From positions 1-57,790 of the forward strand of contig JADGDI010000005.1 of assembly GCA_016744975.1 (NCBI GenBank): DNA of 57,790 nucleotides, given 5' to 3'. The DNA comes from Hyphomicrobiales bacterium. Its GTDB lineage: Bacteria; Pseudomonadota; Alphaproteobacteria; Rhizobiales; OSC116. Every line of letters starts with the position of its first letter. The stretch's first letter is position 1. Of the stretch, positions 18,875 to 26,870 are shown piece after piece. The notes below the pieces were generated by a model. The model searched no databases. It had not been told where the DNA came from and saw only the letters and a list, made by a program, of their open reading frames with translations. The position numbers were made by a program, and so were the translations under genes.

Positions 18875-19261
18875 GTGATTTCAGTTTTGGTAAGAGACCG
18901 GCAACTCTTATAAAAAAGAACTCGGTGAATATCATCCTGACGTGATTATTGGATATTAAAATCAGGCTTTATCTTTTTATGTTGAGCTGTAGACATACTT
19001 AGCAAACAAGGTCATACGTAGAAATTCCTATATTTGAATATATCCACGGATTTCATAACCAAGGAGAAGGTGTTCTGCATTAGGTTAGAAAAGTCGTTAG
19101 GTTTTTGAATAAATCGCAGCTTAAATGAATATACGGAGCGGCACAAAAGAGAGGCATGACCAGGCTGCTTGAATATGCTCATATAAGGCCTCACAAAACC
19201 AAAAATTACATTAAACTATGACAATTTATGACAGCCTTAATAATATCCATTTATTTTTTGA

Positions 19262-20515
19262 CTAAGATATGAGTGCATTCATGGCTTTTAAGAATATAAT
19301 AACCTCATGCTCGGTGTTATAATGGCATAGCGAGACACGGATGCAGCTTTTAAGACCAAGGGGTGTCAGAATGTTACCTGAATAGTGATCTGCTCGTCGA
19401 ATATGCACGCGAATGCCCCTTGCGGAGAGTTCTGATACGATGCTTTTAGAACTATGACCTATAACAGTGATTGAAACCAGCCCTTCGCGGTGTGGATTGT
19501 CGTTCCCCGCAATCACATGAACCTCTGGCATATCCAGCAGGCCTTTGGTAGTGCCGTTGCCTGACAACATAACATCAATGAGTAACTTCTCATGTGCTAA
19601 AATTGCGCGACCAGCAGCCTCGATCTTTGAACGTTGATCGGTCGCGTTTGAAACTCGACCGCCAAGCCATTCAAAATATTCTGTAACTTTAGAGAATGTT
19701 GCATAGGCGCCTGCATCCCTTGTACCCAGTTCCCATGATGCATCTGGTGAACCGATCAACGTGTCATGTGGCATTGTTGCGAGCCGATCTGAAACCCAGG
19801 CAATTCCGTAACCGTGCCTTGAAAATACTTTATAAGGTGAAATGACATATCCATCGATATCATAACTCTCAATATTCAGCCCCCCATGGGCGGCATGCTG
19901 GATGCCATCAATAATAATCACGCAGTCAGGTGATATTTTCCGAATTGCTTTTGAAATCGCAGCAACATCCACGGAAATACCAGTGACAGGCGAGGTGTGT
20001 AAAATTGTTGCTACGCGGGTTTCAGCACTGATGTGCGCCAGATAATCATTTGCTGTAACGGTGCCAGTTTCTATATTGTGTGGTACAGCTTGATAGGTTT
20101 TACCTGCAATTTTGGCCCAGCGTATACAGGCACTTTTTGAGGCGGGGTGTTCTAGCGTGCTGCCCACAACTTCACCGCCTGCTGCTGTGCCAAGGCATGC
20201 AGTTCTTATCAGGCGAAATAATAGTTCTGTTCCGCTTTCACCGACAAAAACTTGACCATTCGGTGCATTAAAAAATGTCCGAATATCTTCTTTTGCTTGT
20301 GTGATTGCTTGTCCAGCTTCGTGTGACGCTGGGTTGTTGCGACCCTGATTATCGGGTATTGCTGCATATTCGGTTGACTGCTCAACAACTGATTTTAAGG
20401 TTAAAGAACCGCCTGCATTTTCAAAGAAAATACGTTTTCCTTGCACGGGGCAATTATCAATCAGGCTGAACTGGTCCCGAACTTCATCCATTAATCCTGG
20501 AATAGTTGTTAGCAT
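19262..20515 (-). CDS. Class V aminotransferase / cysteine-desulfurase-like PLP enzyme, substrate unknown
   Basis: It has a fold-type I class V pattern with a putative PLP lysine in ..YVISPYKVFSRHGYG... I prefer the start at 20515 (MLTTIPG..), which is preceded by GAGGGAGA. The ORF track extends to 20587. Confidence 0.65.
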   Translation of the reverse strand: MLTTIPGLMDEVRDQFSLIDNCPVQGKRIFFENAGGSLTLKSVVEQSTEYAAIPDNQGRNNPASHEAGQAITQAKEDIRTFFNAPNGQVFVGESGTELLFRLIRTACLGTAAGGEVVGSTLEHPASKSACIRWAKIAGKTYQAVPHNIETGTVTANDYLAHISAETRVATILHTSPVTGISVDVAAISKAIRKISPDCVIIIDGIQHAAHGGLNIESYDIDGYVISPYKVFSRHGYGIAWVSDRLATMPHDTLIGSPDASWELGTRDAGAYATFSKVTEYFEWLGGRVSNATDQRSKIEAAGRAILAHEKLLIDVMLSGNGTTKGLLDMPEVHVIAGNDNPHREGLVSITVIGHSSKSIVSELSARGIRVHIRRADHYSGNILTPLGLKSCIRVSLCHYNTEHEVIIFLKAMNALIS

Positions 20516-20628
20516 CTTTATCTCCCTCATCTTATTGTTGTGGTCATTCGCGCCAGAGCTAAGCACAGCTTGCACATTTCTTGGCATTTTCCTAAAGAGT
20601 ATAGCAATGAAAGTCCGAATGGGTTAGA

Positions 20629-21522
20629 GTGAATTGGTTGTATTCATCAAAAGGAAAAGCTTTGGATATTCGATTTCTTGAAAGTCTTGTTGCTGTGGTT
20701 GATAATGGGTCAATCTCTGGTGCAGCAAGGGCGCAGGGCTTGACTGCTACTGCCGTAAGCCAGCGCATTCGAGCTTTAGAGCAGGAATTTGGAACAAAGC
20801 TTTTGGTGCGATCTGGCCATTCGGCACTGCCATCTAAAACCTGTCTGAACTTGCTGCCGCAGGCTAGGGGATTGATTCAGCAGAGCGCTAAACTAAAACG
20901 TGATTTTGGCAGCTCTGTTTTATCTGGGCCGTTTCGAATTGGCGCCATTGAAACTGCTTTGTTCCAATTGATACCAGCTGTGGTTAAAAACCTATCCCGT
21001 GATGCACCAAATTGTGACCTTTCGGTAATGCCGGGCACATCAATTCAACTTTATCAGATGTTAGAAAAAGACCAGATTGACCTTGCGGTGATTGTTACCC
21101 CACCTTTTGTTATTCCGAAAATCTATCATGTTGAGGAATTGGCATCACAACCTTATGTTCTGATTCAAGGCATTCAGAACGGCCCTGTTAATCAAGATGA
21201 TCTAATGAAACAACCGATAATTCTATATGACCGAAAGTCATGGGGTGGGCTTGAGGCGTGGAAATGGTTGGCTAGGCACATTGACCCCAAAAATATTCTG
21301 TGCGAGCTTGATGCGATGGGAACAATTGTGGCGATGGTCAAAAGTGGCCTGGGCATTTCTCTTTTACCAAATTGGTCGGAGCTAATGGATGATGCATCAA
21401 CACTCTCATCTATTGCTCCAATTCCGCCAATTCCTAAACGCCAGATCATTTTGCTCTGCAAAAATACGGAAAAAAACGAACCGTTATTCAAGATGGTTCG
21501 AAGTGCGTTTTTGACATTATGA
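20629..21522 (+). CDS. LysR-family transcriptional regulator
   Basis: It has an N-terminal wHTH (..SISGAARAQGLTATAVSQRIRALEQEFG..) and is divergent from the PLP enzyme gene. The start is GTG. Confidence 0.8.
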   Translation: MNWLYSSKGKALDIRFLESLVAVVDNGSISGAARAQGLTATAVSQRIRALEQEFGTKLLVRSGHSALPSKTCLNLLPQARGLIQQSAKLKRDFGSSVLSGPFRIGAIETALFQLIPAVVKNLSRDAPNCDLSVMPGTSIQLYQMLEKDQIDLAVIVTPPFVIPKIYHVEELASQPYVLIQGIQNGPVNQDDLMKQPIILYDRKSWGGLEAWKWLARHIDPKNILCELDAMGTIVAMVKSGLGISLLPNWSELMDDASTLSSIAPIPPIPKRQIILLCKNTEKNEPLFKMVRSAFLTL

Positions 21523-21671
21523 GTTGTTAGGGAAATAATATTCAACTATCTCAAACTGAGACATGTGCTTTAAACACTGAATTGAATTTATCGGCTGGGG
21601 TATGTTTTTGATTGCAAATAGGGTGAAATTTGGCCCTACTGGGTGTATAGTCTCTGAGTTTGGTGGGTTAA

Positions 21672-21694
21672 ATCTTGACAGATTCTGTCAAGAT
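21672..21694. promoter_or_regulatory. Perfect 10-3-10 palindrome ATCTTGACAG-ATT-CTGTCAAGAT, a candidate operator overlapping a TTGACA -35 box upstream of the SAM decarboxylase operon
   Basis: Read from the sequence. The core is near-identical to the one at 26814-26834. It lies 48 nt upstream of the ATG at 21742. Confidence 0.6.
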
Positions 21695-21741
21695 GCCTAT
21701 CTATATCTAAATAGAGCATTTGTTGAGGGAAATAAGACGCG

Positions 21742-22107
21742 ATGAATATTGGCAAGCATCTTATTATTGATCTTAAAACCAGCGATATGGCTGAGCGGTT
21801 AAAACTTGCTGATTTGAGTTATATCCAAAAAATTTTGCTGGATTCAGCAGAAGCAGCTGGCGCAACGGTTTTAAAAATAGAAGGTCATAAGTTTGGTGAT
21901 AAAGCTGGCGTAACTGCTTTTGCAATGCTTGCAGAAAGCCATATTTCAGTACATACTTGGCCAGAAAATGGCTTTGCGGCATTTGATATATTTATGTGCG
22001 GTGATGCGGGGGAGCAGCTTGAAAAGTCGGTTTATGTTATTCAACAAGAATTTTTAATGGCAACACTTAGTAAGCAGCTTATAGAGCGTGACTATTCGGG
22101 GGAGTAG
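21742..22107 (+). CDS. speH: Pyruvoyl-dependent S-adenosylmethionine decarboxylase proenzyme (small SpeH/SpeD type)
   Basis: It is 121 aa. It carries the hallmark self-processing and active-site stretch ..LAESHISVHTWPE.. and a downstream ..DIFMCG... Confidence 0.8.
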   Translation: MNIGKHLIIDLKTSDMAERLKLADLSYIQKILLDSAEAAGATVLKIEGHKFGDKAGVTAFAMLAESHISVHTWPENGFAAFDIFMCGDAGEQLEKSVYVIQQEFLMATLSKQLIERDYSGE

Positions 22108-23196
22108 ATGTTTAATTTACTATATATGTTTAGAAAACGACGATATTTTAGAAGTTTATTCGTTGTTTCTGCGACTACAAAAATATTGATATTATTATTC
22201 ATTTGCCTATTTAGTCTGCATGTTTTGGCGATGATGTTGTTTGAAGGATGGACGCTTGAGGTTGCTTTATGGTTTACAGTAACCGCAGGTACTACCGTTG
22301 GATTTGGTGATTATGCACCCGCCACTGGTTTGGGACGATTGGCAACGGTGTTTTTGATTTATGTGCCTGCCATTCCGACCATTGCATTTTTAACGGGGCG
22401 TCTGGTTGATAAAATTGTTGGGCGGCGCGAGCGCAAACTTAAAGGGAATTGGAATTGGAAAATGGTTGATCACATTGTTTTTATTAATTATCCAAATATT
22501 GGTGGTGATATATTCTTTAGGCGGATTGTTGAAGAGCTTAAAAATTCGGTCAGTATGACGGAACAAAAAATTATTATTATTACAGATAAAAAACCCGATG
22601 GACTCCCGCAAAGCCTTGTTGACTTGAATGTGAAATTGGTTTCTGGTCGCCCTAATAGCGAGGCCTCACTGGTGCGTGCAGCGGTCGATAATGCTCAAAA
22701 GGTAGTTATTTTATGTGAAGATATTAGCGATAGTCGCAGCGATTCTTTGGTGTTTGACATTGCCTCATTAATCTATCAATCAAATAATGATAAAAAGCCA
22801 GAATTGGTGGCTGAGGCGATTTTGGAAACTACAAAAACGCGGCTTCAGTCGCTTGGTGTTGCAAGCATATTGCGGCCAATTCGGGCTTATCCTGAGTTGA
22901 TTGCGCGAACGATTATCTCTCCTGGTTCGGAGCAGATTATAGAAAGCCTGTTTGATAGTGATAAAGAAGAATGTTTAAAATTTACCTGTCATTTTAATGG
23001 GCTTTGGTCGGAACTTGCGACCAAGATTATATTGGCTGATTTTGGCACTCCGATTGCGGTTGAGCTCGAAGATGGTTCGATCCGCGCTAATTTAAGAAGC
23101 AATGATATAATTGCTACAAAGTCGGTATTTATCATCGTGCCAGAAGGCAATAATTTGGTGCCAGAAGCGGATCAGGAACTAAATTCTCTAATTTAA
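22108..23196 (+). CDS. Two-TM K+ channel with a cytoplasmic RCK (TrkA-N/TrkA-C-like) domain
   Basis: It has the selectivity-filter signature TTVGFGD between two hydrophobic helices and a C-terminal RCK-like region with a degenerate glycine motif (HIVFINYPNIGGD). Its ATG directly abuts the speH stop (TAGATG). Confidence 0.75.
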   Translation: MFNLLYMFRKRRYFRSLFVVSATTKILILLFICLFSLHVLAMMLFEGWTLEVALWFTVTAGTTVGFGDYAPATGLGRLATVFLIYVPAIPTIAFLTGRLVDKIVGRRERKLKGNWNWKMVDHIVFINYPNIGGDIFFRRIVEELKNSVSMTEQKIIIITDKKPDGLPQSLVDLNVKLVSGRPNSEASLVRAAVDNAQKVVILCEDISDSRSDSLVFDIASLIYQSNNDKKPELVAEAILETTKTRLQSLGVASILRPIRAYPELIARTIISPGSEQIIESLFDSDKEECLKFTCHFNGLWSELATKIILADFGTPIAVELEDGSIRANLRSNDIIATKSVFIIVPEGNNLVPEADQELNSLI

Positions 23197-23217
23197 AAGC
23201 TAAGAAAGAGAGGTATT

Positions 23218-24135
23218 ATGATTATAAGAAATGCAATTCTCGGATTATTTGCCCTAGTGTTATTGGGTGGTTGTTCGGACCCAAATGCGCCAATTATCGC
23301 CAATGAAAGCAAAATTGTGCAATTGCAAATTGACGGGCTTAAGCAAGGTTTATCGGCAGGGACACTGGTAAACGCGGTGATTTTGAAATCCTATATTGAT
23401 AAAACTATGGTTTCAAACCCAGAATATAAAGATATTTTAAGCAGTTTGGCTGTTCAGTATACGGCTAAAAATGGCAATCTTGTATCATTGGAAAAACGCC
23501 TTGCAAATATTGGTGACGTTAAGCAAAGTTCCGATGCCGTTGCGGATTTGGAAAATTTAAAACTGGCCTCAAGTAAAGATATTTTTAACCAAACCTTTAT
23601 GGATGAAATTAACACTGTTGCAGCGCTTAGTAATGGCGCATTGCAGCCACTTAATTTGTCAGAAAATGAGCCTGTGGTTGCTGGCCAGAATTTGGTTGGT
23701 AACCCGACTTATGGTAGGTGGCAGTCGTCAAGTGGTGGGTCTTTTTGGGCTTGGTATGGGCAATATGCGTTTTTCTCGAGTTTATTCAGGCCACCATTTT
23801 ATAATAGTTGGTATTATAACCGACCTTGGAGTTACGGCTATGACCGTTACAATAACAATTATGGATCACGCAGTTGGAAAAATAGTGAAACCCAAACACT
23901 TGATAAAAATTATAAAAAAGTGCGTGAATATGGCAAGGTGAATAATAAAAAACCAAGTGCCTATGCGACAAGAACAAATGGCAAAGTGAAAGCAACCGCC
24001 ACAGGTAAGGGCTCTTCTTTATCGTCAGTTCGCAAAACGACTGCAAAGCTTGGGCCGTCGGCACGTAAAAGCTCACCATATTCATCAAGCAGCCGTAGTG
24101 GCAACCGCAGCCGTAGCAGCCGCGGTGGAAAATAA
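23218..24135 (+). CDS. Lipoprotein of unknown function with an aromatic-rich segment and a Ser/Arg/Lys-rich tail
   Basis: It has a signal peptide with a lipobox (..LLGGCSD..) and a W/Y-rich stretch (..FWAWYGQYAFFSSLFRPPFYNSWYYNRPWSYGYDRYNNNYG..). Its tail reads ..SSSRSGNRSRSSRGGK. The RBS is AGAGAGG. Confidence 0.6.
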   Translation: MIIRNAILGLFALVLLGGCSDPNAPIIANESKIVQLQIDGLKQGLSAGTLVNAVILKSYIDKTMVSNPEYKDILSSLAVQYTAKNGNLVSLEKRLANIGDVKQSSDAVADLENLKLASSKDIFNQTFMDEINTVAALSNGALQPLNLSENEPVVAGQNLVGNPTYGRWQSSSGGSFWAWYGQYAFFSSLFRPPFYNSWYYNRPWSYGYDRYNNNYGSRSWKNSETQTLDKNYKKVREYGKVNNKKPSAYATRTNGKVKATATGKGSSLSSVRKTTAKLGPSARKSSPYSSSSRSGNRSRSSRGGK

Positions 24136-24155
24136 TTAGATTATCGGAGATTAAA

Positions 24156-25055
24156 ATGGAATTTTTAAACACATATTTTGGACTTAGCAGCGATTATCTT
24201 TTGGTGCTTGGTGTAAATTTAGTCATTACCGCGCTGGTGTTAATTGCGATTAGGGTTGTCATTGGGATGATATCCAATGTTAAAATGATTGATGGTTTAT
24301 CGCTTGAGGATAACCCTGCTATGGGCATCTCGTTGGCGGGCATTATTTTTGCCGTTGGTATTATTATGACGGGGGTGATTGGTGGTGACGCGTCGGATGA
24401 CTTAATCAAAGAGATTGTCTTGGTTGCTGTGTCAGGTGTGATTGGCATTGTTTTGGTGTTTTCATCGCGGGTGATATTTGATAAAATATCAATTCCCGGG
24501 TTTAAAATGCGCGATGCGATTATGCAGGGTAATATTGCGGTTTCAGTCATTGATGCGGGCAATGTGATTGCCTCTGCTTTGATTATTAAATCAGTATTTT
24601 TAGTGATTGATACGACTACAACTAATCTGATTATCATTGGATTGGGCAGTTTTATTGTCTCACAATTATTGCTGACTATTGCTAGCTATTACCGCATATT
24701 CTTTTACAACCGTGCCCATGGCAGAAGCCTTCAAGATAACATAATGAAGGGTAATGTTGCATTGGCATTGCGTTTTGCGGGTTTTAGAATTGGTATGGCA
24801 TTTGCCATTAGCGGGGCGTTAACATTGGCACCTTTAAGCATGGATATATTTGCATTAAGCTTATTGATTTGGTTGGGTGTAAGTTTGGTTCAAATGTTGT
24901 TGGTGGTTATCTTTAGTTTGATTTGTGACAAGATATTATTGTTGGGCATTGATACCCGTGACGAAGTTGACAATAAACAAAATATTGCTGTTGGTGCAAC
25001 ACAGGCAGCCCTTACGGCTGTTATTGGTTTGATTATTTTCACGCTTGTTTCGTAG
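24156..25055 (+). CDS. Polytopic membrane protein with four DUF350 (YjfL)-like repeats
   Basis: There are four internal repeats of the pattern x-N-[PIV]-A-[MVL]-x(4)-A/G-x..: DNPAMGISLAG, QGNIAVSVIDAG, KGNVALALRFAG and KQNIAVGATQAA. Each is followed by a hydrophobic helix, and the pattern resembles the E. coli YjfL repeats. Confidence 0.55.
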   Translation: MEFLNTYFGLSSDYLLVLGVNLVITALVLIAIRVVIGMISNVKMIDGLSLEDNPAMGISLAGIIFAVGIIMTGVIGGDASDDLIKEIVLVAVSGVIGIVLVFSSRVIFDKISIPGFKMRDAIMQGNIAVSVIDAGNVIASALIIKSVFLVIDTTTTNLIIIGLGSFIVSQLLLTIASYYRIFFYNRAHGRSLQDNIMKGNVALALRFAGFRIGMAFAISGALTLAPLSMDIFALSLLIWLGVSLVQMLLVVIFSLICDKILLLGIDTRDEVDNKQNIAVGATQAALTAVIGLIIFTLVS

Positions 25056-25082
25056 GCATTTTGACATTGAACAAAGCAAGAG

Positions 25083-26807
25083 ATGAATATGGTGGATGGA
25101 TTGCAGGAAAAAAGCAGTTTCAAGCTTACGACGTTTTTTATTGATGTAAGCTTGATTAGCATTCTTGCTGTATTGGCTGGTTGCGGCATTGTTTATGAGT
25201 ATTTATTATCGCATTATGCAGGGCGTGTGCTTGGGCTAATGGAACATGCCATTTTTACCATGATTGGGGTGATGATTGTTTCGATGGGCGTTGGTGCGCT
25301 GCTAGCAAATAAAATTAAAGATGCCAATAAAGGCTTTGTAATTATTGAATTATTGATTGCGTTTATTGGCTCTATATCGATTATTCTAATTGCCTGGCTC
25401 ATTGCTTTTACCAATCAATTCCCTAGTATATTGGCCGAGAATTATGGCATGCCTGAGGATTTAATTCCTGTTGGTGGTGCTATTGCAAGGCTTAAACAAT
25501 TTGCCGAAATATTCCCCTTTATAGTTGGGTTTATTTTGGGGGCTTTGGTTGGCATGGAAATTCCGCTGATTGCTAGAATTAGAGAAGAGATTTATGCGGT
25601 ACGTCTTAAACATAATACTGGCACGGTTTATGGGGCTGATTATATAGGGGCGGGGGTTGGAGCAGCTATATTCATTGTGTTTTTATTAGCCATAGCACCT
25701 GCAAAGGCCGCTTTATGGGTATCCTCGGTGAATATGATTGTTGGATTTATATTTTTAGCCGTTAGGTGGCGCAAAATATCGAATAACATTATCTTGGCGG
25801 GTTTGCACATATTTTTGGCGGTGTTTTTATTTTTGTTGATGCAAAATATTACTAATATTCACCAATCGCTTGAAAATACACTTTATAAAGATGAAGTGGT
25901 GTTTAGCCAAAATACTGACTTTCAGCATATCACCCTGACCAAGCGCCAAATTGGCAATGCAGCGCCTATTCATACGTTATATTTAAATGGTAGGTCGCAA
26001 TTTTGTTCCTGTGATGAAGCGCTTTATCATGCCATGTTGGTGACGCCGTCAATGTTGGCCTCGGCAAGGCATAAGAATATTTTACTGATTGGCGGTGGTG
26101 ATGGGCTTGCCGTTCGGGATATTTTAAAATGGCAGCCAGAGCAAATTGATGTTTTAGAGTTAGACCAAAAAATGGTGTCGCTGTTCTCAAAGCCGATTAA
26201 AGTTGATGGGCAAGTTGTTAATGATGCATTATTGGCACTAAATGAAAATTCATTTTCTGATAAACGGGTGAATGTGATTTATGGTGATGCGTTTAACAGT
26301 GTTGAGCAACTGATTGCTCGGGGTGAAAATTATGATGTGATTATTGTTGATTTGCCCGACCCATCGCACCCTGACTTAAATAAATTATATTCCAAGCAAT
26401 TTTATACCAAAGTGAAATTATTATTAGCTGGGGATGGCGCGATTGCCATTCAGTCGACCAGCCCTTACCATGCCAAGGACGCGTTTTTAACCGTTGGGCT
26501 GACATTGCGCGCTGCTGGTTTTGGATTTGTTGAGCGATATCATACCAATATACCGACATTTGGTGAATGGGGATGGAGCATTGCAACCTTGCATGGTCAG
26601 GCTGCATCGAGCCGAATTGAACGTGATTTTAAGCCCATTCCCAAACAAATTGCAATTGATCAGGATTTTATTTTGGCGAGTTTTAAATTTGCCAATGGGA
26701 TTATTGAAAGTGAAAAGCATTTAAGTTACAATAGTATAGATAATAATTTAATGTATTTATTGCATGAGAAGTCATGGTTGAATGAAGAAATTTTAGTTGG
26801 AAATTAA
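25083..26807 (+). CDS. Membrane-anchored polyamine aminopropyltransferase (spermidine/spermine synthase-like)
   Basis: The N-terminal ~260 aa are multi-pass hydrophobic. The C-terminal domain carries aminopropyltransferase motifs (..ILLIGGGDGLAVRDILKW.., ..VIIVDLPDPSHPDLNKLYSKQFY..). Confidence 0.8.
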   Translation: MNMVDGLQEKSSFKLTTFFIDVSLISILAVLAGCGIVYEYLLSHYAGRVLGLMEHAIFTMIGVMIVSMGVGALLANKIKDANKGFVIIELLIAFIGSISIILIAWLIAFTNQFPSILAENYGMPEDLIPVGGAIARLKQFAEIFPFIVGFILGALVGMEIPLIARIREEIYAVRLKHNTGTVYGADYIGAGVGAAIFIVFLLAIAPAKAALWVSSVNMIVGFIFLAVRWRKISNNIILAGLHIFLAVFLFLLMQNITNIHQSLENTLYKDEVVFSQNTDFQHITLTKRQIGNAAPIHTLYLNGRSQFCSCDEALYHAMLVTPSMLASARHKNILLIGGGDGLAVRDILKWQPEQIDVLELDQKMVSLFSKPIKVDGQVVNDALLALNENSFSDKRVNVIYGDAFNSVEQLIARGENYDVIIVDLPDPSHPDLNKLYSKQFYTKVKLLLAGDGAIAIQSTSPYHAKDAFLTVGLTLRAAGFGFVERYHTNIPTFGEWGWSIATLHGQAASSRIERDFKPIPKQIAIDQDFILASFKFANGIIESEKHLSYNSIDNNLMYLLHEKSWLNEEILVGN

Positions 26808-26813
26808 ACTCAG

Positions 26814-26834
26814 GCTTGACAGATCCTGTCAAGC
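26814..26834. promoter_or_regulatory. Perfect 9-3-9 palindrome GCTTGACAG-ATC-CTGTCAAGC, the second copy of the candidate operator, upstream of the yjfI/pspA-like operon
   Basis: Read from the sequence. It lies 6 nt after the aminopropyltransferase stop and 36 nt before the ATG at 26871. It contains TTGACA, and TATATAAT follows downstream. Confidence 0.6.
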
Positions 26835-26870
26835 GCCCATATATAATATATGACGAAAAGGAGACGGAAT

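Noticed and set aside
19012-19194. A 60-aa ORF in the ligB-downstream gap, considered as a possible small gene or transposase remnant.
   Set aside because: It has no Shine-Dalgarno sequence, no recognisable family and no flanking inverted repeats. I kept it only as part of the unexplained-gap finding.
23603-24172. Two overlapping ORFs (23603-23941 on the plus strand, 23786-24172 on the minus strand) inside the lipoprotein gene.
   Set aside because: They are generated by the repetitive, aromatic/Ser-rich coding of the lipoprotein. They have no RBS, and the frame with the lipobox and a good RBS (AGAGAGG) explains the region.
26814-26834. The palindrome interpreted simply as the rho-independent terminator of the aminopropyltransferase gene.
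   Set aside because: It has no U-tract. A near-identical palindrome also occurs at 21672-21694, where no upstream gene ends nearby. Both copies contain TTGACA at promoter-appropriate spacing. A role as operator and promoter is better supported, although a partial terminator role is not excluded.
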